Virus record (IMG/VR): IMGVR_UViG_3300045988_183931
Span: 6,965-70,964 of that record
Direction: 5' to 3' (one strand)
Source of the DNA: a virus
DNA: 64,000 bases
Both the position numbers and the translations under genes were made by a program. Below the pieces are notes generated by a model. It worked only from the letters and a program-made list of their open reading frames with translations, searched no databases and was not told the origin of the DNA. Shown here one piece after another: positions 34,917 to 45,275 of this stretch (within the stretch, counting starts at the first letter, position 1; the number at the start of each line of letters is the position of its first letter).

Positions 34917-34938
34917 ACAGAAAGGAAGATGATGCCCT

Positions 34939-36432
34939 ATGGCGAGAGATAACACATGGACTTTCACTGCTGAGGAAGTCGCACAAATCAAAAAGCTGCC
35001 TAAGCGCCAGTTTAAGCTGGGTGCTGGGAATATCTGTACCGGATATTTCGATGACGCCAATAGTCGCTTCTACGAGTGCAGGGAGGACGGAGAGCTGACT
35101 GGCCGCGTTGGTAGCGCAAAGAAGCAGACGACTATCGTTGTTCCCGCTGCAAACGGCGGCGATGACGCGCCCCCTTCCGCACCTGAAAAGAGGGAAGCAT
35201 CTCGGAGTCCGGAATCCCCCATTCACAGCACTGACACGCCCAGCTCAGGCACGACAGAAACCCCCGACTGGCGCGAACTCAAGCGGCAGGAGGAAGAACG
35301 GCTGAAGGCCGAGAGGCTGCGGGAAAAGGAGCAGAAAAAGCAACAGAAGCGCAAACCGGCGGAAAAGAACGTATCCGCAAGTGATGCGGCAGGAACGAGC
35401 ATGGTCCCTGTAAGTAAAAGGAAGCGGTTTCTGAAAAAGGTCGTTTATCCTGCTGCAGCTATCATTGCCGGTGCCGCTATTGTCTTCTGCGTCTACACCA
35501 CGCTGGCCAACCGCTCTGCACCTATCGGGTTTCAGTACCCCACGACGCTCCAGCGTTCTGATGGAACGACAGTTTCCACGTCCTACGTTCATGGAGATAG
35601 CGTACAGGTGATTCAGGTCACAGACGATATACTGCCGGGAACGCAGTTCTCTAAGGATAATCTTGCCGTAGCAACCATTCCTGCCGACGTCTACAACTGC
35701 GCTGTGGCCATTGGCTCCAAGCTGTGTAATGTGGACATGGCATCCACTGTGGTGGGGAAATACGCGACTGAATATATCGGCGCCGGTCAAATTCTCCGCA
35801 TCGACCAGTTCAGTGTAAACAGCACAGGAGGAACATCAGTTGCCGTCAACCCTTGGCTGGCCGCTGATGAGGAAGATGTGCGAGATTATCTGTGGGAAAC
35901 GGATACCAGCTTCCTCATGTTTGGACGCGAGGCTGTCATTACCATCAATCGCACAGTGGACGACAACAACCCCGCGTTGCGCGAGGAACTCTATGCGGAT
36001 GACCCCACTATCGAGTACACCATCAGCGATAAGGACGAGCATAACCGGAGGCATGAAACCATTAAGCTGAATGCGGTGGTAAGTGACCTCCTGAACGCCG
36101 ACGGAACGCTGCTGTTTGATGTCTATGCCAAGCTGGGAGCAATCCCGCAGGGCGAGTTGACACAGTATGTGAAGAACCATGTTAGCATCGCAAAAATGGT
36201 TCCCTCCATTGTAAGATTCCGTATGACAGAAAAGGCTGCAACCGTGTATGACGCAGCCATGGTCACTGGTGCAGATGCAACACTTACCAGCGGTACGGTT
36301 ACGACCGTGGAGCTGCTGGAGGAGCTGGAAGCAAACACTCCCGAACGCGCCGCACAGCTCAACATCTGCCAATTTGTAGACCGTGTGCTCTGCGGTGATA
36401 CCGCACCTCAGAACACGAACCCCGTACAGTAA
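34939..36432 (+). CDS. single-pass membrane protein with extracytoplasmic SAF/CpaB-like domain (tentative)
   Basis: Basic/Glu-rich cytoplasmic N-terminus. TM at ~aa 190. The downstream region resembles the Flp-pilus CpaB/SAF fold at low confidence. Confidence 0.5.
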   Translation: MARDNTWTFTAEEVAQIKKLPKRQFKLGAGNICTGYFDDANSRFYECREDGELTGRVGSAKKQTTIVVPAANGGDDAPPSAPEKREASRSPESPIHSTDTPSSGTTETPDWRELKRQEEERLKAERLREKEQKKQQKRKPAEKNVSASDAAGTSMVPVSKRKRFLKKVVYPAAAIIAGAAIVFCVYTTLANRSAPIGFQYPTTLQRSDGTTVSTSYVHGDSVQVIQVTDDILPGTQFSKDNLAVATIPADVYNCAVAIGSKLCNVDMASTVVGKYATEYIGAGQILRIDQFSVNSTGGTSVAVNPWLAADEEDVRDYLWETDTSFLMFGREAVITINRTVDDNNPALREELYADDPTIEYTISDKDEHNRRHETIKLNAVVSDLLNADGTLLFDVYAKLGAIPQGELTQYVKNHVSIAKMVPSIVRFRMTEKAATVYDAAMVTGADATLTSGTVTTVELLEELEANTPERAAQLNICQFVDRVLCGDTAPQNTNPVQ

Positions 36433-36455
36433 AAATCCGTAAGGAGGAATCCCAT

Positions 36456-37142
36456 ATGAAGAAGTTCATCGCATTGACTCTGGCCGTGCTTATGGCACTG
36501 ACCATTGTGGGCTGTGGAAAGAAAGATAAAGATGAGGACACCGGCGAACCTCAGTACAACCTCGAAAATCCCGAACCCATCCCCGACGGTGAAGAGGACT
36601 CCCAAGGATATATCGGGGATGGCAAGTACCGCAACGACATCAAGTTGAGCTGTACGCTGGAATCCGGCTATGAGGTCACGCTGGGTATGGGCGACAAGGA
36701 TGCCGGCGTCAACGCCATCTACTTGAATCCCACCTGCAACGACCCCAACGGTGCGGCGTTCTATATCAAGTGCGAGCGTACGACATATCCCCTATACTTT
36801 ATGCCGGAAGAATACGCAACGGTCAAGCGGCAAGATTTTTACACAATGGATACCAACAGTATTGCAGCCTTTACTTGGTATGACGATGTGCTGGGAATTG
36901 ACGCGACCTACCGCGATGTAAACAAATTCGGTGTTGCGTGGCAGGACTCCATTCTTGTAGATGGATATAACGGCAATGAAACGCTGACAATCCGCGTATG
37001 TGATAAGGCTACGGGCGAAGACCTTGGCAGCTTTATCGCACACATCAACTACGACAAGGCAGCGGATGTTTACTACCTCGCAGATATGAGCGCGGTCATC
37101 GAAGGCGCCGATACTGAGACAGATACCGCACTCGCTAACTAA
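36456..37142 (+). CDS. lipoprotein
   Basis: Signal peptide with lipobox LTIVGC. RBS TAAGGAGG. Confidence 0.65.
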   Translation: MKKFIALTLAVLMALTIVGCGKKDKDEDTGEPQYNLENPEPIPDGEEDSQGYIGDGKYRNDIKLSCTLESGYEVTLGMGDKDAGVNAIYLNPTCNDPNGAAFYIKCERTTYPLYFMPEEYATVKRQDFYTMDTNSIAAFTWYDDVLGIDATYRDVNKFGVAWQDSILVDGYNGNETLTIRVCDKATGEDLGSFIAHINYDKAADVYYLADMSAVIEGADTETDTALAN

Positions 37143-37165
37143 AAAAAGAAAAGGAGAGAAAAACC

Positions 37166-37612
37166 ATGCCCGCAATTATCAGTGACTCAAAGCAGCAGCA
37201 GGCACTCCAGCAGGTCTCAGACGGACTGAAAGCAGTCGCAGACATCAATACGATGTTAGATATCGCTGCGAAGGATAACGCCTTTACGGTATCGGCAAAA
37301 AGCCGTAAAAAGCCTGCTATCGTTGTAGATGAACAGGCTGCGACACGCATCCAGTCCGCCATGAAAAACTTCCGCGAAAAAATGGTCAAGAAAATCCGCG
37401 ATACCGCTGAAAGGCAGCGTATTGCACTGTCCGAGGAGGATGAGGCTATTCTCAACTGGGGCGTGACCCCTGTTGCAGCGGAAGCCACAGAAGACGAGGA
37501 CAGCGATGATGGCCTTGTGAACGAGGCCAATACGCCGGAAAACGCCTTTACTCCGGAAGAGTCTGAACCTCAGGAGGATGCAGAAATCGGAAGGCCCTTC
37601 TTTTTCAATTAA
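37166..37612 (+). CDS. hypothetical protein (148 aa)
   Basis: RBS AAAAGGAGAG. Confidence 0.5.
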   Translation: MPAIISDSKQQQALQQVSDGLKAVADINTMLDIAAKDNAFTVSAKSRKKPAIVVDEQAATRIQSAMKNFREKMVKKIRDTAERQRIALSEEDEAILNWGVTPVAAEATEDEDSDDGLVNEANTPENAFTPEESEPQEDAEIGRPFFFN

Positions 37613-37664
37613 CTCTCACAACACGAAAGAGGTCTTGCCACAAGGCAAGGCCTCTTCTAAACGC

Positions 37665-37695
37665 AAAAAAACCGGCCCGTAGGCCGGCTTTTTTC
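37665..37695. terminator. bidirectional intrinsic terminator
   Basis: AAAAAAACCGGCCCGTAGGCCGGTTTTTT between convergent genes. Confidence 0.65.
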
Positions 37696-38275
37696 ACTTT
37701 TCCGAAGAAAGCTCCGACTTGACCTCTTCTGTGTCCTTCGCATCGGAAGGCACATAGATTTCTTTGTAGGCCAAGAGATGAGTATTATCTCTTGCACGAA
37801 CATAGATGGTGTACTTAAAGCCGGGATACAGGTCTTTGTTCTTGCGGTCAGGAAGATTAAACACATGAGCCTCTTGACCTTCGTCTTCCCCTGTTACAAA
37901 AACCACCTCTTTGCTGTCCCGTGGCCATGACCGAGACCGCACAGAGCGGCACAAAGCAATATGACACACGATGTCCCCATTCTGCCATTCTGTTCGCAAG
38001 TGTAGGGCAGAATAGACAACATATCCTGCCAGCAAGAGGATAACGCCGGCAAAGGGAAGCATTGCCTTCAATTCGGACTTCTGCAGGCAAAGCGTTGCAA
38101 TGAGGATAACCACAATGGCCCCGGCCATCAAGAGTCCCTTCATCGTGAGGCGCTGCAGAGCCTCTGGATAATCGCGAGTATCGGCGACGATATCGCTCTG
38201 GAGGTCCGGTCCAGATTTATTCACCACAAGAACCACCTCCAGTTGCAGAGAAAGAAGGTTTGATACGGCGTCCAC
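37694..38275 (-). CDS. membrane protein
   Basis: Hydrophobic segments. The start may be the downstream ATG (~38143), since the first 58 nt overlap the upstream gene. Confidence 0.4.
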   Translation of the reverse strand: MDAVSNLLSLQLEVVLVVNKSGPDLQSDIVADTRDYPEALQRLTMKGLLMAGAIVVILIATLCLQKSELKAMLPFAGVILLLAGYVVYSALHLRTEWQNGDIVCHIALCRSVRSRSWPRDSKEVVFVTGEDEGQEAHVFNLPDRKNKDLYPGFKYTIYVRARDNTHLLAYKEIYVPSDAKDTEEVKSELSSEK

Positions 38276-38927
38276 GGAAAAAGAGCCGTGAGTTCGCTTC
38301 GCGTCCGGTTACTGAGCCGATGACCAATGCCATTTCATCCGATGTTGCCACACCGGTGGCCATATTTCCGGACGCAACAGCCACCTCCATCAGCTTGTCT
38401 GCGGGAACGTCAATTACTGCGGCTACCGCAGCAGCACGAGCCTTCGGCATCTCCTTGTAAGGGTATGTGGAAAAAATATACTGTGCGAGTCCCTGAACGC
38501 CAGCCATCTGTTCCAGATAATCAAGCGTAACTCCCTCCCTGTTCAGATAATCCGCAATGAGAGGATAACCCTCGCTGAAATACCACGAATGAGCACCACG
38601 GATATTGTTGCAAAGCATCACAACATCCGCAACAGGAATGCCCGTTGTCTCTGAAGCGGCGGATATGGGCGCGTCCTTATTCGCGACAAAAAAACCGACC
38701 ACAGACCTTACCTGCTCTTCATTCAGTGCGGGACGAGGATACCTTTTGGCCTTATCATTAGGAAAAGGAATCTTCTGCAGATGCAGATACACCTGCTGCC
38801 GGGAAATGCCAAAGGTATCAGCAATTTCCTGCACAGAGTAGCCGTTCCACCGCATCAGCGCAATATACGTCGCCATGCGCTCACCCCATTGTGCGTTTTC
38901 AGACTTTGTTGTTGTAGCGTCAAACAA
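38217..38927 (-). CDS. HTH-domain DNA-binding protein
   Basis: YSVQEIADTFGISRQQVYLHLQK helix-turn-helix. TTG start preceded by GGAGG. Confidence 0.5.
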   Translation of the reverse strand: MFDATTTKSENAQWGERMATYIALMRWNGYSVQEIADTFGISRQQVYLHLQKIPFPNDKAKRYPRPALNEEQVRSVVGFFVANKDAPISAASETTGIPVADVVMLCNNIRGAHSWYFSEGYPLIADYLNREGVTLDYLEQMAGVQGLAQYIFSTYPYKEMPKARAAAVAAVIDVPADKLMEVAVASGNMATGVATSDEMALVIGSVTGREANSRLFFRGRRIKPSFSATGGGSCGE

Positions 38928-39513
38928 ACCAAATCGCCTCCTTTAAGTAGTCGCCGGCTTCGTAGAAGAAATTGATGGTACAAAGAACTGCGACACACGC
39001 CAAGACAAAAGAAAATGCGTGACCAGCAGCACTGTCCGTCTTTATACCAAATATCCAGAAGCGATGGGATATCGGCCAAAGCAAAGGAACGCCGGCTTTA
39101 TTGAAAAGGTCGAGCAAAATATGAGTTGCTCCACCAATCACAAACGCAAGGATATAGGTCAACCATTCAGCACCCAAAAGCAGCTTCAAGGCCGCGTACA
39201 GTGCCGCCCAAATGAAGGGCGCATGGGTAATACCCCTATGCCCAAAAAGAGCATTTACGGCAGCGGACACGGGTCTATTGCGTCGTCCCGCTCTGCTGCG
39301 CGGAAGGTCTATGTCAGGCGCGAGGGAGCCCGCCATGGACAGTCCAACCATTCCGACACACGGAAGAATGCCGTCCGGCGCCGGAAGTCCAAATGCTCCG
39401 AAGATTTGTGCCTGCACAAGAAGTAATCCTGCCGTGTATCCGGCAAAAGTATGGGTTCGCCCGTCCAATGGTTCACCTCCTAATGTTTTGAACGGGGTAT
39501 AGCACAATAACAA
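38920..39513 (-). CDS. DUF457/YdjM-like membrane-bound metal-dependent hydrolase (LexA-regulated family)
   Basis: DGRTH..., LAPDIDLPRS and GHRGITH motifs align with E. coli YdjM. Two LexA Cheo boxes lie immediately upstream. Confidence 0.6.
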   Translation of the reverse strand: MLLCYTPFKTLGGEPLDGRTHTFAGYTAGLLLVQAQIFGAFGLPAPDGILPCVGMVGLSMAGSLAPDIDLPRSRAGRRNRPVSAAVNALFGHRGITHAPFIWAALYAALKLLLGAEWLTYILAFVIGGATHILLDLFNKAGVPLLWPISHRFWIFGIKTDSAAGHAFSFVLACVAVLCTINFFYEAGDYLKEAIWFV

Positions 39514-39561
39514 GTTTCTTGTTATTTATCTCGGAAATCACAGGTAAATAACAAGCATCTT

Positions 39562-39573
39562 GAACAAATGTTC
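39562..39573. promoter_or_regulatory. LexA (Cheo) box GAACAAATGTTC
   Basis: Perfect GAAC-N4-GTTC palindrome ~50 nt upstream of the ydjM-like start. Confidence 0.55.
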
Positions 39574-39593
39574 TGGTACATCTTTGTTAAATA

Positions 39594-39605
39594 GAACACT
39601 TGTAC
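39594..39605. promoter_or_regulatory. second LexA-box-like site GAACACTTGTAC
   Basis: One mismatch to the Cheo consensus, 20 nt from the first box. Confidence 0.4.
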
Positions 39606-39646
39606 TATACCATAGACTATGTTAAAATGTCAACTATGATGCACCA

Positions 39647-41962
39647 TCACCGACGTCCAGAGCGCCGACTCCGCGAAGAACCACGCGACGTACTGCGACT
39701 ACCGGAACGACCACCACCAGAGCGCGAGGAGGCTCCTGCGGGTTTGGTGCTGTTGAACTGAAGCGTAAAGTTCGGGCCCCAATCACTGCGCTGACTGTCA
39801 TCCATCACAAGGTCTGCCGCAAATGTACCGCCGTCCTTCTTGGTCAGCTTCGTCTTATGGACAGGCTTTCCAGCGAGAAAGTTTTTGACATCCTTCTCTG
39901 TGAATGTGATGTGCTGGAACAGAGTCGGTTTTGGCTTTTTCCAGATGGTAAACTTACATCCATTCTTCCAGTTGGAACAACCAAAGCCCATTTTCCCCTC
40001 TATGATGTTCCCACCACAGCGAGGACAGACTCCTATCGGCGTGAATCCCTTCCTTGTCGGGACAATGTTGGGGTCCACTTTAGGATGCGGTTGCTGCAGG
40101 AAATCTTTGAGCATAGCCAGAACGTTTTGTTCCAGCTTCTCCGGCGTCGCCTTCCCCTCATGTATCTCCTCTTGAATGACCCACCACAAGGCGGTGAGGT
40201 CCGGTCCACGAAGGGAATCGGGGAGAATGCGATACAACTCGCGTCCAAGCGGAGTGGAAATAAGGGACTTCCCCTTTTCCTGCAAGAACCCTCTTGAAAT
40301 GAGACCGGAGATTATCTGGTCCCGTGTTGCGCTGGTGCCGATAGCCCCGTTATTCTCCTCCACGTCGGCATCTTTCTTCAGCAGAGTGCTCTTGATGAAT
40401 GGGTCCGTAACGTACTTGGCAATACGGCTCATATCCTTCGCCAGCGTGTACTGTGTGTAACGAGGAGGGGGATTTGTTTCCTTCTCTAAGACCTGAGCGT
40501 CGGAAACAAAGGCATCGTAGCTGCCGGCGGGTATCATACTCAACGCTGTGGGCGTATCTACACCTTCGCGCATCATCACGAGATAACCGGGTTTCAGCAC
40601 ACCAGTGCTGGACGCCTCTAAAGTGGCGCCGTCCGGCAGCGGGACGACCAGCCTTGTTGTTTCCTTCTCAGCGGGCGGAAAGAACTGGATAAGATAATAC
40701 TTACAAATGGCAAGATATACGTTTCGTTCCCGCTCTGTCATCTTGTTGAGGTCGAGACTCACATTTTGAGGAATGATGCCAAAATGGGCTTCAATTTTAG
40801 AATCGTCGAAGCACCGCCCCTTCGTCTTGAAGTCCATACCAAGAATAGGGTTGAAATTTCCTTTTCCTACCGTGTTTATGTTTGCGATAACAGTCCGGGA
40901 GGTGGCGGGAGCTTCCGCAAAGTAGTTTTCGGGGAGATATCGCACCTGAGTACGGTTATATGTAATGGCGTTGTAGTTATCGCGTAAAGACTGCGTGATT
41001 TCCATGGTGTCGTCCAGCTTGTAGCCGAAACTCTTCAAACAGTAGCCCTGCAATTCCAGCATATCAAACGGCAAAGGCGGTTGTTCTTTGGAAATCTTTT
41101 TTGTAACGGCAGCCCCAGAGAACTGTTTTCCGGAAATCATCGCAGACTTGCTCTCCGCGTAAGGTCTTTCCAAGATAAGCCCATCAGTCAGATGAGGGTC
41201 ATCTTTCTTCGGCCTGTACTTCGTCTCAACGACCTTACCCTCAACAGAAGTCTTCGCTGAGACCTCATAGTATTTAGTTTTTACGTGGTTTTCGATAAGC
41301 ATATCACGCTCGACCACAAGCCCAAGGGTAGGAGACTGCACACGTCCAACTGTCAGCGAAGCATTGTTTACCAGCGAATAATACCGGCTCATATTCACAC
41401 CAACCATAAGGTCGGCAACGCTCCGTGCGTAAGCAGACCACCCCATGTTCTCAAAGAGACGGTTATCCTTGAGGTTGTTGAGCGCACGCTGCAGCGCAGG
41501 GATAGAGGTGTCGCCCGTCGCCAAACGGTAAACGGGGCCACGATAACCGTGCCAGCGAAGCAGCTCGTCAATAAGAAGCTGCCCCTCTTCATCAGGGTCT
41601 CCTGCGTGGATTACACAGGAACACTGTTTCAGCAGCTCGCCGATGCGGGCAACGCGCTCATTGGGGTTCACTCCCCTGCCATTGTATTCTTTGATTTTGG
41701 TCTGCCAGTTAGGGAAGTAAATGGGTAGTGCAGACAAATCCCACTTACCAAGAGCGGCATCGTAATCCTCAGGTTCTTTCAAAGACAAAAGGTGTCCCTG
41801 TGAACACACGATGACGTAATCGCCCTTTACGGTCGCTCCACGGTCAGAACGTGCCGTGCCGGGGATAGCTTGAGCAATCAAATCGCCAAGCTGTTTTTTC
41901 TCAGCAAGTATTAGTTTAATGTGGAAACACGACCTTTCACAGCAGGTGTTAAAAGCTCCCAA
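39647..41962 (-). CDS. topB: DNA topoisomerase III (type IA)
   Basis: Toprim N-terminus (LILAEKKQLGDLIAQAI), DPDEEGQLL, C-terminal zinc ribbon CPRCGG...GCSNWKNGC, Ser/Arg/Gly-rich tail. Confidence 0.8.
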   Translation of the reverse strand: MGAFNTCCERSCFHIKLILAEKKQLGDLIAQAIPGTARSDRGATVKGDYVIVCSQGHLLSLKEPEDYDAALGKWDLSALPIYFPNWQTKIKEYNGRGVNPNERVARIGELLKQCSCVIHAGDPDEEGQLLIDELLRWHGYRGPVYRLATGDTSIPALQRALNNLKDNRLFENMGWSAYARSVADLMVGVNMSRYYSLVNNASLTVGRVQSPTLGLVVERDMLIENHVKTKYYEVSAKTSVEGKVVETKYRPKKDDPHLTDGLILERPYAESKSAMISGKQFSGAAVTKKISKEQPPLPFDMLELQGYCLKSFGYKLDDTMEITQSLRDNYNAITYNRTQVRYLPENYFAEAPATSRTVIANINTVGKGNFNPILGMDFKTKGRCFDDSKIEAHFGIIPQNVSLDLNKMTERERNVYLAICKYYLIQFFPPAEKETTRLVVPLPDGATLEASSTGVLKPGYLVMMREGVDTPTALSMIPAGSYDAFVSDAQVLEKETNPPPRYTQYTLAKDMSRIAKYVTDPFIKSTLLKKDADVEENNGAIGTSATRDQIISGLISRGFLQEKGKSLISTPLGRELYRILPDSLRGPDLTALWWVIQEEIHEGKATPEKLEQNVLAMLKDFLQQPHPKVDPNIVPTRKGFTPIGVCPRCGGNIIEGKMGFGCSNWKNGCKFTIWKKPKPTLFQHITFTEKDVKNFLAGKPVHKTKLTKKDGGTFAADLVMDDSQRSDWGPNFTLQFNSTKPAGASSRSGGGRSGSRSTSRGSSRSRRSGRR

Positions 41963-41984
41963 AAGGGCTTATTTCTTCGATTTC

Positions 41985-42020
41985 ATATTAGCACGAACAT
42001 ATAATAATGTCAAGTACGCG
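41985..42020 (-). promoter_or_regulatory. putative promoter for topB (shared TTGACA-ATGTTCGTG motif)
   Basis: The reverse complement reads ACTTGACATTATTATATGTTCGTGCTAA. Confidence 0.3.
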
Positions 42021-42519
42021 GAGCGTAAAAAGGGTGGCTCATGTGCCAAAATCATTCAAGTCGTAAGGGAGAAAAGCAAAACGTCTAAAAACGTAAAATT
42101 TGGTAAGAATATCTACATTTAGCACAAAAATGAGCAGAATCCTTTAACAAATGATTAAAAGATGTTACACGAAACTGTAACATCCCACAAATTAACACAG
42201 CTTATATTAGGAATAATGTCAACACAAAAGACATGATTGTTCCATTTTTCACAAGTCGTAAACTTGACAAAATTATGTAATCGTGGTAGAGTGATATTGA
42301 ATATGGAACATAAGCGCTGGCAGACGACTTTCACTGCCGCAGGAAGCATTTACTCCACTTTTGCGGCACAGAAGCAGCGGCTTGTCAGCGCTATTTCCAT
42401 GTACTCTTGCCAGCCCAATACGCGGGAGCAATATCTCGAATGGCGAACAAAACACGCCACTGTCATCGTTTTCAAAGGAAGAAAGGAAAAAGTAGCAGCG
42501 TAGAAGGAGGTCACGGGAA

Positions 42520-43086
42520 ATGCAGCGAAAACAGAACAGTAGAATCTATGAGCACGGAACCAGCAACGAAGAAAAACAGAACAAAAAAGATAATGACGAC
42601 CTCATTGATGACGTTTGCCAATTCACAGGCAGCACAAGCGACGCTGTCCGGAAGTCTGTAGAAATGGCAGTCAACGACCCTCTTTCCCTTATGGATGTGA
42701 TGATATCCATTATGGAGTTTGGAGGGGACGACCCCGAAACAGCGAAACGGCTTCTCGACATGGCAGAGCTTCGCCTCAAGACCCTTGTGAAGCAGCACGA
42801 AATTTACGGCACCCGTGCGCCGCACGACCTTGTCCCCGAAGAGCAGAGTCTCTGTCGGGCTTTCTCTCCCCGCGAGGTGCTGCGGATGTGGTTGTTTAGG
42901 CGCGAAAATGTCATTGTTACCCCTATCGCCAGTATCTACGAATCCATGTCCGACATGATTACGGACATCTGTGATGAGAATAAGTGGGGCAGGGCAAAGG
43001 GAGAGGAATTCATCCAGCGTGAATATGCGAACCACTATCAGTTTATTGATAGTATCGGACTTATCGTGTACGAGCTGGATGCATAG
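42520..43086 (+). CDS. hypothetical protein (188 aa)
   Basis: RBS GAAGGAGG. Long 5' UTR from a promoter at ~42265 (TTGACA-N17-TAGAGT). Confidence 0.55.
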   Translation: MQRKQNSRIYEHGTSNEEKQNKKDNDDLIDDVCQFTGSTSDAVRKSVEMAVNDPLSLMDVMISIMEFGGDDPETAKRLLDMAELRLKTLVKQHEIYGTRAPHDLVPEEQSLCRAFSPREVLRMWLFRRENVIVTPIASIYESMSDMITDICDENKWGRAKGEEFIQREYANHYQFIDSIGLIVYELDA

Positions 43087-43219
43087 CAACCTGCAAAGAC
43101 AAATACATTTCAAAATTAAATGTTCGATACTTACGGAAGTATTTCTCAGGAAGCAGCCCAATGGTTGCTTCCTTTTTTTGAACAAAAAGACCGATGGACG
43201 CACCACCGGTCTTTTTATC

Positions 43220-43690
43220 TTATCCATTTGTGTTCTCAGCGTCCTTTTGCTTCAAGCGAAGGACTCTGCGGATGAATGGCTTTACATAGGTTTCGTCAGG
43301 CGCGAGGGAGTACCCAAGAGCCTCCGCGTACTCCACCGCCTCACGGGACGGCGTTCTCCCCTCGCCCACCTTTCGGATAAAGCCCTGAATGGCTCTGGGA
43401 GCCTCCTCATAGGCTTCGTCGCCCTTACGGGTGTATCCACCCTTCCCTGCCGCTTCCGCGCCGTCGTAGACGTTCCTGAGGCGTCCTCCGCGACCGTAGT
43501 AGCTCATGGATACCTCATCGAATTTCCGGACGCCCTTATTGTCGAGGGACAGATACTTGACATGGCTGCTTAGTTGCGACAGCAGTTCTGGGCCTTTGCG
43601 CGTTACGGCACAGGCGTAGAGCGTTATCCATATAGTTTTAATAATAAGTTTTTCTACAGTCTTGCAAAAGTTATAGTGAAAAGCGGACAT
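43220..43690 (-). CDS. hypothetical protein (156 aa)
   Basis: ORF downstream of 43671..44579 on the same strand. Followed by a bidirectional terminator at 43184..43216. Confidence 0.45.
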   Translation of the reverse strand: MSAFHYNFCKTVEKLIIKTIWITLYACAVTRKGPELLSQLSSHVKYLSLDNKGVRKFDEVSMSYYGRGGRLRNVYDGAEAAGKGGYTRKGDEAYEEAPRAIQGFIRKVGEGRTPSREAVEYAEALGYSLAPDETYVKPFIRRVLRLKQKDAENTNG

Positions 43691-44579
43691 CGAAACTCGT
43701 CCTTGTTGATTGAAAAGGATATGTCTTAACTGTGACCGGAATCATTTTAAGCATATGTGGAATTTCTGTCGTTTTTATTATCTCAATCCCTCCTCCCAAG
43801 CACCCCGAACCAACAAAAACAACAAACTTCACCGCTTTGCAATTTTCGTAAATCCAAAGAAGAAGTTCCGCATCATAGCATAACCGGTAAGAACGAAGAT
43901 GAATAGGGGGAGTCATGTTGTAGTCAAACCTTTTCTCGTCGGTGTGCCGCAAAGATTCAAATTCCTCGTCGTACCGCCCCGAAATGTCGGTGAGCGTCTG
44001 AGTGTCCTCGTTAAAACTCATGTGCCTGTTTTCACTACTGCCGCTATAAACCTCTGCCATTCCGAGAGCGCTATCCTGATATTCCACGACAAACACTGTT
44101 GAATCCGAAGAAGTTCTTCCAAGTTTTTTATTATATTGAGCGAGGCTCAAAAGATGCTGGCGGCAGTTCTTCTCAAAAGACTTTTTAAGAAGTTCGTGAC
44201 TATGCTCTTGATTCGGGGCTTTCCCTGTAAGCACAATCACATCTCCAATTTTTTCAGTTGATTGACTTATAGCTTCTTCAATTTCCATGATTTTTTGCTC
44301 TCTTGTTCTCTTAAATATAGCATCATCTCTCTTTTGTCGTGATTCTTTCCTTCGAGTTTCTTCAGACGAAGTTATCTCGAAATGTTCAATTATAGCGTTA
44401 TCGCTGGTAAAATCAGGAAATTCGCTCGGTGAAAGATTAGCCTTTGCTCTATCAAAAAGTTCGGAAACGTCAACAACATCATCTTCCGAACATCCGAACC
44501 AATAAAGGCAACTACGCCTGCTGTCATTAAGCACACTCCTAATCAAATCTATTACATTCTGCTCTTGGTGCCCTCTCAT
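43671..44579 (-). CDS. hypothetical protein (302 aa)
   Basis: Long ORF with no recognisable motif. AT-rich codon usage relative to neighbours. Confidence 0.5.
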   Translation of the reverse strand: MRGHQEQNVIDLIRSVLNDSRRSCLYWFGCSEDDVVDVSELFDRAKANLSPSEFPDFTSDNAIIEHFEITSSEETRRKESRQKRDDAIFKRTREQKIMEIEEAISQSTEKIGDVIVLTGKAPNQEHSHELLKKSFEKNCRQHLLSLAQYNKKLGRTSSDSTVFVVEYQDSALGMAEVYSGSSENRHMSFNEDTQTLTDISGRYDEEFESLRHTDEKRFDYNMTPPIHLRSYRLCYDAELLLWIYENCKAVKFVVFVGSGCLGGGIEIIKTTEIPHMLKMIPVTVKTYPFQSTRTSFDVRFSL

Positions 44580-44837
44580 AATCCATTTCCTCCTTCTATT
44601 TGCAAGATTACGACTCTAACCCTTCCCAGACAAGTATGTGGTTATATTTATTCTTATTTTGGTGTCGGATTCTTTCAGGTCGGGGGCATCACGTAGGCGT
44701 TCCTGCCGGCAACAACAACATTCTCTGGGCGTTTGGGGTTCCAGCATCATTGTGATTGTCCTCCATACACCAAAACCTCCTTCAAAAAACAGGGGAAAAG
44801 ATTTTATCTTTTCCCCTGCAGATATTTATTTTTCAGG

Positions 44838-45152
44838 TTAGTTACACCATCCACCAACTACACTGGAAATCAGTGCGCCGGAAAGGATGGTGCCAAGGAT
44901 GCTCAGACCGACTGCCACACAGAATCCAATCAGTGCCCACTTCCCTACCGCCTTCGCCTTAATGGGGGTCGAATTCTGCCACGACAGGTACAGAATCAGG
45001 CCAACCAGCGGGATGAGGAACGACAGGATGTTCAGACCGGTAGAAGGCTTGTCCACCTCGACATTCTTGCTCGCCACGGCGCAGCCGCAGAAAGGACAGA
45101 CAACAGCGTTATCAGAGACCTCTTTGCCACAATTATTACAGTATTTCATTTC
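44838..45152 (-). CDS. zinc-ribbon domain membrane protein
   Basis: MKYCNNCG...CPFCGC, followed by two TM helices. RBS GAAAAGGAAATG. Confidence 0.55.
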   Translation of the reverse strand, partial: EMKYCNNCGKEVSDNAVVCPFCGCAVASKNVEVDKPSTGLNILSFLIPLVGLILYLSWQNSTPIKAKAVGKWALIGFCVAVGLSILGTILSGALISSVVGGWCN

Positions 45153-45275
45153 CTTTTCTCTCTTTCCGGGGAGGTGCTCTCCCCTACTGTTATATTTGTA
45201 AATGCAGGAGACGCAGGCACAAGGTCTGCGCCCCCTGCATTCACTTTGGGGTTTACTCACCACATGGTGAGCTGC

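Noticed and set aside
42303-42503. 66-aa ORF in the 5' leader of the 42520 gene
   Set aside because: It starts 3 nt after the predicted transcription start with no RBS. More likely an untranslated leader, though a leaderless peptide cannot be excluded.
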